Source: Octopus vulgaris (Eukaryota). Taken from it: 64,000 nucleotides of DNA. Both the position numbers and the translations under genes were made by a program. Of this stretch, positions 27,701 through 40,750 are shown in pieces. Under the pieces are notes generated by a model. That model saw only the letters and a program-made list of their open reading frames with translations, was not told the DNA's origin and did no database searches. The DNA lies in assembly GCA_951406725.2 (NCBI GenBank), contig OX597820.1, forward strand, positions 33,418,001 to 33,482,000, given 5' to 3'. The stretch's first letter is position 1. The number at the start of each line of letters is the position of its first letter.

Positions 27701-28999
27701 CTATGTGTGTGTGTGTGTCTGTCCCATACCACCAGTTGACAACCAGTGTTGGTGTGTTTGCATCCCTATAACTTAGCAGTTCAGCAAAAGAGACCAATAG
27801 AAGAACCAGGCATAAAAAATAAGTACTGGAGTCGATTCCATTTGACTAAAATTTCAAGGTGGTGCCCCAGTATGGCCTCAGTATAATGACTGAGACAAGT
27901 AAAAGATAAAAGCGTACGTTGGCCATTGTACTCCTTATATATATATATTAATGAAGTAGTCGACAGTGGTGCAGCTTTAACCACAGATCGGTATAATCAC
28001 CACCTGCCTAGGGTTAAACAAACATACCATAACATACATCAATACACACACACATACACACAACCACTGCTATCACCACATACCAGTACCACCATCACTA
28101 GACTACAAGCACCACAGATCCACACACAATCAATACTATCACACACATACACAGCAATACCACAATCACCCAAACACATATCACTATCACCACAAAATAC
28201 CAACATCACATACACAACTCCCTCAGAACCATCTCCCCCCACACACACAACCACAACATGCACACACATGTCACAACTACTAACCACCAATCACAACTAC
28301 CACCACCATCACCACATACAAACCAACAAAGAAGCCTCTACATGGTCATCCCAACTGCTAGCAACAGAAGTCAAATCTTACCACCTAGAAAAAGGAGGGA
28401 TACATTGGATAACGTAATCTCAAGTATGAAATCCCTAAAATGAGAACAGAGCTTTCATAACTGAAACTCCTTTGATCACAGGCCTATCACATCTTGGCTG
28501 ACCTAGGGTTATATCACCTCCTTTTTCCATAAGTGAGTATATAAGAATAGAATTATTAATATATGTTGTTAGTCAGTCTGCAGTTATCACAAGACAATTA
28601 TTGTCAATATATGTAGTATCAATGTTGTTAATGCTGCAGTTATCTGTCTCCGACTTTTGTACTGCACTGCATAAAACTCTGCAGTCATTACTAATAGGAT
28701 GATGACTCATGCCTGCTGAGAGTGGTTGCGTCCATTTGGTAGACAGCAGGAGAACGAAAGCCATGTGCTAAAAGAGAGTATGTTAAAGTGAGAGGGACAA
28801 AATATATATAGGGGTGGATGTACATTGCAAAAAAAAAAAAAAAAAAAAAAAAAAAAGTGTTGGAAAACAGAATATGGAGGAGGTGGTGGTGGTGGTGGAA
28901 GTAGAATAATGAGAAAAATGTGGTGGAAGAAGAGAATGGGCAAAACGGGGTGGAAAAATGAACAGATGTTAGGTGGGAAAAAAAATGTGCTACTACATT

Positions 29000-29410
29000 A
29001 CTCTTTATTCTTTTACTTGTTTCAGTCATTTGACTGCGGCCATGCTGGAGCACCGCCTTTAGTCGAGCAAATCGACCCCGGGACTTATTCTTTGTAAGCC
29101 CAGTACTTATTCTATCGGTCTCTTTTGCCGAACCGCTAAGTAACGGGGACATAAACACACCAGCATCGGTTGTCAAGCAATGCTAGGGGGACAAACACAG
29201 ACACACAAACACATACATATATATATATATATACATATATACACAGGCTTCTTTCAGTTTCCGTCTACCAAATCCACTCACAAGGCATTGGTCGGCCCGG
29301 GGCTATAGCAGAAGACACTTGCCCAAGATGCCACGCAATGGGACTGAACCTGGAACCATGTGGTTGGTTAGCAAGCTACTTACCTACCACACAGCCATTC
29401 CTGCGCCTAT
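29000..29410 (-). mobile_element. Dominant-family SINE, young CpG-rich minus-strand copy
   Basis: Reverse complement of the 6071-6460 family. Confidence 0.85.
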
Positions 29411-30864
29411 ATATTAGGAGAAAATAGATTTTAAAATGGGGTGGAAAATAGATTTTTCTGCAAATAGGATTCGAAAAAGAGACAATGTTCAGCAGAAAAA
29501 CAAATGTGCTACTATACTGGGAGAAAATAGATTGTGTGCCAATAAGGGTGGGGAATGTATTTTGCATAAAAGGGATTGGAAAAACAAATATGTGAAGTGG
29601 GATGGAAAAATGGATTGCGTCCATTGCGTGAGTGTAGTGGGTGCTTTTTACATGCCACCGGCACAGGTGCCAGACGAGGCTGGCAATGGCCACGATCGGT
29701 TGGTGCTTTTTACGTGTCACTGGCACAGGGATCACAACTACAATTTACATTGGTTTTTGATGCTGATGTACTTGACTAGTTTTCAAAATTAATCGAAACA
29801 AGGAGAATATATTCCATCAGAAATATAGTAATAAAAGGGATAATTAAAATAAAAGGATTTAGTCAACTTATTCATTGTAACAGACACAAGCATTAATTTT
29901 TTTTTTTTTTTTTTCCAGTAATAAGCACCAGTGCAGCTGTGTGGTTAAGAAGTTAGTTTCACACCCAAATGGTTTAGGGGTTCAGTCTCACTGCACAATA
30001 CATTTAGCAACTGCCTAGTATAGTCGCAAGCAAAACAAGGCCTTGTGAGTGAATTTAGTAGAGAGAAACTGAAAAGAAGCCTTCTGGGGATGGTGGGGGT
30101 CAATGTGTGTGTGTGTGTGTGTGTATATCTATAATAAAAGCAAAATTCTGTGCCCATCTGGGATACCAGTATCTCAGCCTATATTTGCTCTTCATAGACA
30201 TATACCGTTTTGGAATCAGGATGATCCCTGGATTGAAAATCTACCCTTCATCTGGTTCTTGAACCTCCAGGATTTGGACTGCATTTAAAAGTATTTGGTT
30301 GCTATTTCATGTTGGTGGCATTTGTTAGATGACATCAGATCAAGGGGGAGATAAATGACATTCACTTCATTACTTTAACATTGAGATAAGAACTTTGGGA
30401 CAAGTTGGCAAACAGCTGGAATTCAAATTAGGACAATAGAATAATTGCATTACAGAATTCTCATCCGTCCTTAACCTCTGATCAAACACCACCATGGCTT
30501 ATAGTCATTACAGATGTGTTACTGTCATGCTATTTAGCTCTCTTTAGTTTTAGGCTGCAGGTCCAATTAGCCTTCCACAGGAGCTAGGTTAAAAGTCCAC
30601 AAAGTGTGCAGCTTTCAAGCTAATGTGTATGCATGTATATATGATTTAAAACAAAAAATACAGACAGGTGAGGGAATAACAAACAGGGTGTATTAGTTTG
30701 ACATGCAAGAAAAAAGACTGATATTTTGAGCCTATGCTCTCTACAGAAAGAAATGAGGAAAGAAAACAGAGAGAGAGGGAAAAATGGAGAGAAAAAACAT
30801 GCCTGGATTAACAGTCTCCAGATGCTAGTGTGTGTGTGTATGTAAGAAATTAAAAAAGGAAAAC

Positions 30865-31505
30865 ACACACACTTTATATAGTTTTAATATATCGACCGGT
30901 TTTGCTTTTACTATTCATGATATTATGGTTTACTTATTTGAATATGTATTTTGTTAAGAAATTTTTGTCCATGTGTGTGATAATATTTACGAGTGAATGA
31001 CTTCACAAGTAGAAAAATAAGGGAAGGTAATTGATTATCATTATTGTTGTTGTTGTGGGCCAGGGAGATAATTGTTCACCTTTCGGTAATGAGAGGGGAA
31101 TATATGTGTGCACACAAAAAAAAAAGGTTTCAGAAAACTTGTTTAGTGAGGGTATTTATGTACTGTGATGTAATTGTGAATTGAAATATGTAAAAAGATA
31201 AAAGTTCGTTATGTGTGCATAAGACGTGTTATGTATTTTTCAATGAAAAAAGTTGCTTTATTTAAACGTTCTTGTGGAGAGATTGTGTCTTTGCACGGGT
31301 AGAAGGAGAAGACTGAAATTTGGTTTGATGTTATCTGAACATTTTTGTATATGTTCAGTGAACATATCACACACAACATGGACAAAAATTTCTTCTTAAG
31401 AAAATGCATATTCAAATAAGTAAACCATAATATCATGAATAGTGAAACCAAAACCGGTCGATATATTAAAAATTATATTAAAACTATGTAAAGTGTGTGT
31501 ATTTT
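30865..31505. repeat. Inverted repeat pair (~30865-30980 / ~31370-31505), Penelope-like remnant
   Basis: atatatcgaccggttttg...catgatattatggtttac vs gtaaaccataatatcatg...caaaaccggtcgatatat. Confidence 0.75.
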
Positions 31506-31620
31506 CATATTTTAAATTCTTATATATATTACAACTCACCACATGGGGATAATCAAAATTCTTTTTCTGTTACTACTATATATATATATATATATATATA
31601 TACATACATACATACATACG

Positions 31621-32583
31621 TGTGCGAACAGCCATGCTACATGGCAGTGAAACATGGGCCGTGACTGCTGAGGATATGCGTAAGCTCGCAAGAAATGAAG
31701 CCAGTATGCTCCATTGGATGTGTAATGTCAGTGTTCATACCCGACAGAGTGTAAGTGCCTTGAGAGAAAAGTTGGACTTAAGAAGCATCAGATGTGGGTG
31801 TGCAAGAGAGGCGTCTACGCTGGTATGGACACGTAGTAAGAATGGATGAAGATAGTTGTGTGAAAAAGTGCCACACCCTAGCGGTTGAGGGAACCTGTGG
31901 AAGAGGTAGACCCAGGAAAACCTGGGACGAGGTGGTTAAGAACAACCTTCGCTCTTTAGGTCTCACCGAGGAAATGTCCAGAGACCGAGACCTTTGGAAG
32001 TATGTTGTGCGCGAGAAGACCCGACAGGACAAGTGAGGCTATAACCCATGGCCCCTACCTGGGACATAGTCAGTCCACCTGTGCATACCTTCCTTCTTGG
32101 GAAACATAACTCTACTTGTGAAGACCTGTTGAGGCAAGTGAAAATCAAAAATCAAAGAATCAAATCAAAATCGATCAACATCAATGGAATTTGTAGTTTT
32201 GTGGTACCAGTGCCGGTGGTACATAAGAAAACCATCCGAATGTGGCCATAGCAAGGAACCGCATCGACTGGCCTCCGTGCTGGTGGCACCTAACAAACAC
32301 CATCCGATTGTGGTCATGCCAGCCTCGCCTGGCCTCCGTGCCGGTGGCACATAAAAAACACCATCCGAGTGTGGCTGTTCGCCAGCCTCGTCTGGCACCT
32401 GTGTTGGTGGCACATAAAAAGCACCCACTACATTCACGGAGTGGTTGGCGTTATGAAGGGCATCCAGCTGTAGAAACACTGCCAGATCTGACTGGCCTGG
32501 TGCAGCCTTCGGGCTTCCCAGACCCCAGTTGAACCGTCCAACCCATGCTAGCATAGAAAGCGGATGTTAAACGATAATGATGA
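31621..32583 (+). mobile_element. 5'-truncated RTE LINE: ORF end + 3' UTR with short subrepeats and (GAT)n tail
   Basis: AMLHGSETWAV...RRLRWYGHVVRM...GRGRPRKTW, stop at 32036; tail ggatgttaaacgataatgatgat. Confidence 0.9.
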
Positions 32584-34160
32584 TACATACACACACACTT
32601 TTATTAACACCAAAAAAACTTTGCAGTTTTAATAAAGTAGCAATTTGCTCTCCATTTTTGGTATTCGAGTGCTAACTTTTCCTTCTTGTGTTTGGAACTA
32701 TATGCATGCGTGTATGTGTGTGTCCTTGTCTGAACATTGTGCACTGATTGCAAACAAAGTCATCATCCACATAAAAAATTGATGGCATTTCTTTGCAATC
32801 TTTGGTGAAAACATATCCATCCATTGTATTATGTTCAGAGGGCAAGAGGAAACCTATCTTGTTTGTAAATAAGCAAGGGTTAACAGACAAAGCTACGCAT
32901 TTGAGACAGAGAAAGCAGAGTTGTTTAAATAGATCAATGTCCTTGACCTATGTTTACCTTATCAACCAGAAAAGGATGAAAGGCAAACCTGACCTCAATG
33001 TGATTCTGCTTACCCAATACCAATATGATGATGAAAAGTCCTTCTCCTCCTCCATCATCACTACTTCTGCAAGTTAACTCAAACTTGGGGCAGCAAATTA
33101 GATAGGTGGTTCAAAAATTACAAGCCCTGGTCCATACCAACCCCTACTCTACTCAGAACATACTAAATTACAGATGTGTGAACATGTGTGTGTGTAAATA
33201 CACACACGTTCACAAACACAAATACATACACACATGCATATACACAAACATGCACACACACACATACATACATAAATAATCAGTTGATTGATTGGTCAGC
33301 AACAGTTGAATCTAGATGAATTAGAAATGATACTGACACACCCGCTAACATCCATGCAAACAACCATATCAACAAGTATATATACACACACACACACACA
33401 CATACAAGCCACTACATTAACTGGCACACACACAAAGATACCAACATGTACATACACATACAAACCACCATGTCAAACATGCACACATTCTGGAAGAAAC
33501 TAATGAGAAAAATATCCAACAGTACAATTTCTGATGAGAAGAGGAAATAAAGACAGAAACCATGACTACCACCATTATCACCTAACGACCATCATCACAG
33601 CCATCAACATCATCGTCATCCCCACAGACAACTTAATGTACCATTTCCTATTGCAGCAATCTGTGAGTCAGAGTTTCTTCTCCCTTACCAGTCCCACCAG
33701 TTTTTAAGAGGATCTGGTAAAAGGTCACAAGTGCACGTCTATGTTATTAAAAAAAAAAAAAAAAACCTGCTAGGGTTGGGGCAGAGTAAATATTGCTTTC
33801 ACCTTTCCCAGGTATCAATGATAATAAAGTGCTTGTAACATATCAAGATTGATTTAGTTGATGCTTATTCTGTCTCTTACATCTGTAGCCTTGCATCTAT
33901 ATAAGAAATTATGATTAAGGCAGCGAGCCAGCAGAATCATTAGTGCTGGGAAGAATGCTGAGAGAGAGAGAGAGAGAGAGAGTGAGAGAGGTTATTCATT
34001 TCCAATATACTGCAAGAACATGTCTGGCCAATGGAAAATATTATATTGTTTGGAAACAGGTGAGAGTTGGTAACAGAAAGGGTATCTGACTAGAAAATCT
34101 ACATCAATTAACTCCATTCAATCCATAATAGCATGGATTGAATGGACATTAAAATGAAAT

Positions 34161-34204
<44 letters not shown>

Positions 34205-34393
34205 TGTGCATGCTCACTCACACACATACACACACTCTCTCTGAATAAGACCAGATCAGATAATAATATGATCTCGATGGCAGCAAGCTGGCTGTAATAC
34301 ATTTTAGTCTTAGCAGATTCATAAATGTACAGGGTGCATTCTAGAAGTTTTCAGGCTTTTCCAGGAGAACATTTATTTATTTCAAAGTAGTAC

Positions 34394-34964
34394 AAAAGAA
34401 AAAATTTAGAGGCATTTTCGATTGTTCTTCCACTCCCAACTCACCCTGCTGCATAGGTAGACATTAAATGAGGATCCTGATGACCTTTGTAATATATTAA
34501 CCATTGATCTGGTGACATCATCATCTTCACTTAGCATCCACATTTCTGTTTACACAAGTCAGATGGAGTTTGTCGAAGCAGGTTTTCTAAACTGTTGCCA
34601 ACTGTTTCCCAGCAAAGTAATTAATACTTTTATGGCTGAGGTGACGAGCTGGCAGAAATGTTAGCACGCCGGGTGAAATGCTTAGTGATATTTCGTCTGT
34701 ATTTACGTTCTGAGTTTAAATTCCGCCTCAGGCATAAAAGTATTAATTACCTTGCTGGGAAACAGGTGGCAACAGTTTAGAAAACCTGCTTCAACAAACT
34801 CCATCTGATTCGTGCAAACACAGAAATGTGGACGCTAAATGAAGATGATGTCACCAGATCAATATTACAAAGGTCATCAGGATCCTCATTTAATGTCTAC
34901 CTCTGCAGCAGGGTGAGTCGGGGGTGGAAGAACAATTGAAAATGCCTCTAAATTTTTTTCTTTT
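34394..34964. repeat. Inverted duplication, ~240-bp arms around a SINE fragment
   Basis: aatttagaggcattttcgattgttcttccac... vs ...gtggaagaacaattgaaaatgcctctaaatt. Confidence 0.92.
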
Positions 34965-35573
34965 CATAAATTTTAATCAACATAATTTTATAATGAATAC
35001 TCTCAGAAAAGAAATCCTGTAAAAAGTTCATTTTAAAAAGGTGCATGGTGCTTCTTAAAAAGAGTTATAAGGAACTATATAACAAGGGGGTGGGTGGGGA
35101 GAGAATGATCCAAAAGCTTTAATGACCATATATTTTTTATCTTGTTTCAGTCATTCCAAACCATGCTAATACCCCACGAGAGGGGATTTGAGAGGGGTTT
35201 TGGTCGAACAAATCGACCTTAGTACATATTTTTAAGCCTGGTACTCATTCTAACGATCTCTATTGCCGAATCGTTAAGTTACAGAAACATAAACATACCA
35301 ACACCGGCTGACAAACGGCGGTGGAGACAAAGATATATATATATATATATATATGGAGAGGGAGAGAGAGATCAGACACCAATCTGTAGTTAGACTTATT
35401 TACAGACGTCACCAGACAATTTGTTAATATATTATGCCGTCAGACATATAGATGTCGATCAGATCGGTGATGCTAAGAGCTTAAAGTGAAGGAAAAATGA
35501 GAGTAGAGAAAAGAAAAAGCAGACAGAAAAACAAAAGGAACATACTGATATCAGAAAATTTAGACAAACTTAC

Positions 35574-35585
35574 CTTATTTAGAAC
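35574..35585 (-). CDS. UCH-L1/L3 coding exon 2, 12-nt micro-exon (VLNK)
   Basis: ttttttcgcag|GTTCTAAATAAG|gtaagt; in frame between exons 1 and 3; matches the 12-nt exon 2 of vertebrate UCHL1 (MLNK) and UCHL3 (VTNQ). Confidence 0.88.
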
Positions 35586-37550
35586 CTGCGAAAAAAATAA
35601 AATAAAAATCTTAAATTAATTGTGTAAACATAGGTAAATGTATAAAAACAATATCATACGAGAGGCCGCCTTATAGCTGGCAAATAAGAATTACATTAAC
35701 AAACATATTTTTCGTGTATTTTATTATTATTATTGATAGGAGACATTTAAGAATTTTTTAAAATCATTAATAAGTAAATAAAATCATTAATAAGTTTTAA
35801 TCATTAATAGAGTATCTATTAGTAACACAGTTAAGCCGTAATTAAAGGAACTACGTAATAACTACCGTAGACCCCCGTTACCTCCCTTCATAAAAACTTG
35901 AGGGAGTTAATAGTAGACAGAAATTACATAGAAAACTAATTCATACAAAACAGGGTTTCCGAACCCACGACGCCTCTGTACCCATAGAGTGCGATGTTGT
36001 AGCTCCGGTCGGTGCAACAAATGTATATACTTCAAAATTTTTTTTTTAATTGTAACTTTTAGAACATAACTTTTGTATTGAGCGAACTCAGAACAAAATA
36101 TTCAACACTACATATGCAGTCCAATTTTTAAAAATTAATTAATAAAGCGTTTACTTGTCATCTTGAAATGTGATGTTACATGGGTAGGAAGTGCAAAAAT
36201 TAAATATTTCTAAGAGGTGTTGGACAGAAAAAGATTAGAATCATAGATATAAGACAGGTACGAATGGAATTAAACCATGTCCAGTTGAGAGTATAAACTA
36301 AAAACTAGGTTTGTTTTAAGGTTTAGTTAGAGAAAGGAACGTTTTGCCCTCAACCTTTTTAAGCGGTGAGACCCTTATAAATGTCTAGTTCTTGATACTG
36401 TATGGTGGCTTGTGTGCCTTAATGACCCTGAGAGCTATACCAGCGAATTGCAAGTTCCTAATAGGGTCCCTCATACTGGACAGGCGAAAGGACAGAGGCC
36501 AGACTAACAGAAATGAAAAAAAAAAAAAAAAACGGTTTACGGAGGGCCAACACCCATACCTAGAAACAAAAGGCAAAGTTACAAAATTATTGATGACAAT
36601 TCAAAACCAACAGGACCTGGAAGAGGAAGGCTTTCCCAAAGAGAAATATAGGTGGGATACCGAGGAAGAACAGAAAAAAAAAGACAGAAGACAGGGCAGA
36701 ATCGAGAACAATGGAAAAAAGTCGTCGGTATCCTAGACGCCATAGGGAGCGAAGGGCTTGTTAAAGATTTGTGAGAAGAGGTTTTTATCCTCAGACCGAA
36801 GATCCGGACTAGATGCTTGCAAGAGAGTGAACTGTTAAAAGCAACCAACGGATTAAAGGAGAGACGGGTTATATCCACCACCAAGAACAAAAAACAGTCT
36901 CTCTGGTGGAATTTCAGTTTTAATCTACTGAACTTTACTCAGAGAACTTTGGTCACATCCTAAGTCAGAAATGATCTACTAGACCTATGATCAAAGGCTT
37001 TCTAGCGGTGACCATCTCTTTTTCTTTTCAGGTATTGCTTATCTAAGACTACATTATCCAATATATTATTCCCACTTACATGACAATAGAGTATAACTTT
37101 AAAAAGGAGAAAATAAAAATGTTTTGGTTGCTGTCTTTCATAGCCGGGTGACCACAAAGGGGCAGCGTTATTGACAGTGTTTAACACGAGCTCAAGCAGA
37201 TCTGTGACCAAAGACGCTTTAGCCATAGTCATCTAGGCTTTCTTTCATAGGTAGTATCTCTGGAACTACCATTATTCAATATCATAACTTTAAAAAAAGA
37301 CAGTGGGGTATAATTTAAAGGTAATTTGGCTGCTATTCCTACAGAACCGAAAGACCACTATAATTCTTGTATTTCAAATACAAAATAACTATTCACAATA
37401 AGATAGCATTGAGGAGATAGCTGCACAAACTGGTAACAGAGTACGAAACAATCGTAGGAGCCTCAAAGACCAATATTTAGTCATGGCACATACTATGTAG
37501 GGTTCAGTCCCACTATGCCGCACCTTGATCGGGTATTTTCGATGGTCCTG

Positions 37551-38012
37551 GCCGCAAAATCTTTTTCCCCACGAGAGTTCCAGACACCAATTATGAACTC
37601 ATTTGTATACAACCAATCAGAGCTCAACTATCAAACTAATTTTCGAGCAAATAAGTGATGGGCGATAAGTAAAGTCATTTGGGTAAAGAATGACCATGCT
37701 TCATTTCCTTTTTAAGAATGCCTCTTGTTCTTGTTTCAACCATGGCTGCCTCTGCGTAGTTATTTGTGTTGTTGTTTACTTTGTAAAGTACTAAGGGGAG
37801 AGGGTTGCGAGCACATCACCCTCTACCCACATTTTCCCCATCCACATCTTTACCATAATCCGATAATAGGTATAAATGCAAATCTAATTGTCTCCTAAAA
37901 TCAGGCCGTGTTTGTTAACTTGTCAACAAGGTTAAGGTGAGCTCTGATTGGCTGTATGCAAATGAGTTCATTACTGGGGTCTGAAACTCGTGGGAAAAAA
38001 ACACTTCGCGTC
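37551..38012. mobile_element. MITE with ~70-bp imperfect TIRs inserted into a SINE head
   Basis: cccacgagagttccagac...ccaatcagagctc vs gagctctgattgg...ctcgtggg; SINE halves at ~37490-37550 and ~38012-38040. Confidence 0.7.
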
Positions 38013-38289
38013 CCAGACCGACTAAAGCCTGTGAGAGGATATATATGCATACATAAGGTGGGGGGGGGGGCTGAAAAGTTCCTGGGTTTGGGTAAAAGAA
38101 AATACAGAAGGATCAGTTAATTATGATTTTATTCAACATATTCCACTCCCAAATTCACACTTATTGCAGCAGTCCTTCAGTTATTCTAAGACCTGTAAAA
38201 GGACTCGGAAAGTTAGGCCTCCCAACCAAGCCTTTCATGAAACCCTTAAAGCCAGGGACTTTTTATCACCTCTTCGTGTGTGCAACTTA

Positions 38290-38484
38290 AAACAGTTTGA
38301 TTTCAGCCCATACAACTTAGTTTCGTAGCTTCATCACAGGGAGCTAGCTCGTCAGATCCAAGGGAAAAAATGGAGAGTTGTAGGACTTCCTACAGCTCGC
38401 TATTTGGCCGTCTCGACCTGACGAGCTGGGTTCCTGAGACAAGGCTACGAAACTAAGTTGTATGAGGGCGAATCAAGCTGTTTT
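38290..38484. repeat. ~195-bp palindromic element
   Basis: catacaacttagtttcgtagc / gctacgaaactaagttgtatg, gctcgtcag / ctgacgagc, gagttgtagg / cctacagctc. Confidence 0.85.
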
Positions 38485-39859
38485 CAATAATATGTAACTC
38501 CTAGTAAATGTGTTGAATGCCTCTTTTTTTTCATTTGCCAACTCGTGTGTACATGTATATAAAACGGGCTTCCACACAGTTTCCGTCGACTAAATTCACT
38601 CAAGGTATTGGTCAGTTCAGCGCTATAATAGAGGACACTTGCTCAAGGTGCTGTTCAGTGGGACTCGACTCCAAACCACGTAGTTGCAAAGTAAGTTTCT
38701 TAACCACACAGCTATGATCCTTTACTCGTTTCAGCCATGCAGCTGCGGTCATGCTGGAGCACCACACCTGTTAAATATTCATAGAAAAGCTGTTGTTCAG
38801 TCATGTGTGAAGAGAAGCTGTCCAATACTTTTGTACCATTTTATCATCACCATTTTTCGTCCGTTTTCCATGTTGATATAGGTTGCACCGTTTGACAGAG
38901 GATTTGGTCAGTTCTTGTGAGGGTCACAAGTTTCCCAAAAGGGCCAGAGATCCTCGTCTTGTTAGACATGTCAGCAATGGCGTGGTGTCTACGTCTGGGT
39001 GCCCTTGCTAACACCAATCGTTTCGCAATATACTGCATGCAACTGTTCTTTTGCTTTTTGTTTTTCGAAGCCACAATATTAGTTTTGAATATTGTTTCTG
39101 GAAACGAAACTCAAGAAATCTCTCCATATATTGAATCCTTAAACAAATGCAAGAGCTTAGACATGAGAGCTATGCTAACATAGTATGGACATTCACATTT
39201 CTTTTGATTTCATTAATTTTAGTAATGAATGTGAAGTGGTCTATTCAATCACAATTCGAAACCATGTTACGATGTCCATTTCCTAACATAGTAATAAGCT
39301 ATTTACTAGTACCAATGAGGATGGCTTAACATGGTTTCCAGTGACTAATTCGTGTTTTTTTGACATTAACTGGGTACTCCTGGAAAACTCGTAAGTGATA
39401 AATGTTCAGTTTAACTAGTTGTGGAAAACTATTTAACGAAACCCACTGAATAAAAAATACGTGGTGTTCTTTAATAAAATATATACATACAGAATTCATA
39501 TTCTTGTATCTGCCTTGGAAACGAAAGGAGTGGACTTTCGAATAATACAAGACTTGGAGATTAAATATGCTTAGAAAAAAAATGCTTTCACTATTGTAAT
39601 TCCTGCTGCATGAAATAGACATATACTGGAAAGAAAGAAAAAAAAACGAAGGAAACCATCCCCTAAATCCTTCCTCTTTTTCTTTCTCCATGAGATCATG
39701 ACAGCTATTCTGAAAGTCTGTGAAAAAGAAAAAAGGGGGCGGGGTATACTGGATAATGCAGTAATGGTACAGTGTGAGTGGGGAGGGGGTTAGTTGACTG
39801 TTTTGCTTACTCTCCCAAAACCATCAGCCTTATTATCACTTTGAGGAAGACAAGATCCT

Positions 39860-40200
39860 ATTGTCATGGTAGGCAATACGTCTCTAAATACTGTGCTAAA
39901 ATCCTGCTACCTAGGAAACATAATGAACAACGCCCAACTGGACAGATCAATGAAGAACTGTCTAAAGCAAACTCAGCTTTCATAGACCCTAGTACAGTTT
40001 GTAGAGAGGTCAGGATATTTGCCTGACCAAAAGATCAAAGGGCACCAGACAACAGTGCTTGCCTCACTCCTGTATGGCTGTGAAACATGGACATTCTACA
40101 GGTACCATATTAAATGGCTGAACTCATTTAATTTGTAACATCTAGTGGCAGGACAAAGTTCCCAACATAGAGTTCCTTCCTAGAATGATGTGACATTTGA
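39860..40200 (+). mobile_element. Degenerate RTE(BovB-like) LINE fragment
   Basis: INEELSKANSAF and SLLYGCETWTFYR motifs. Confidence 0.55.
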
Positions 40201-40719
40201 GGCATAGTTTCCTTATCAAAGCAAAAACCCCAATCCAATAACTGAATACTGAGTAATAATATATATTCTAAGTTTATCCATATGTAAATTTTGTGTAATC
40301 CCATTAAATAGAGATTGCTACAACCACTTAATATAAAAATGAACATTTATCACTTGTGGGTTTTCCGGGGGCATTCACTCAATGTCTAAAAAGGCAGGTT
40401 ATTCATTGTTGGAATTCTAGTGTTTACTTGGTTTTTCAAAAAGGGATCCCAGTACTATCTGTAAGATTTTATTTTTTTTTATATTGTGTCAGATTAAAAC
40501 AATAATTTAAAGGGAAAATATGTTGATTTTTGGCCCCATATGACTCCTATTGAAACAGATCACTGGTCAAAAGGTGTTGAAGTCATTATCATAGTACTTT
40601 TCTTTTAAACAGTGTATACTGCATACTACCTGGTGTAGTTTAAAACTATGCACACAACCACCAACACCGTATGACATATGTGTGTGTGTATGCATGTCTG
40701 TATATGTATGTATAATGCC

Positions 40720-40750
<31 letters not shown>

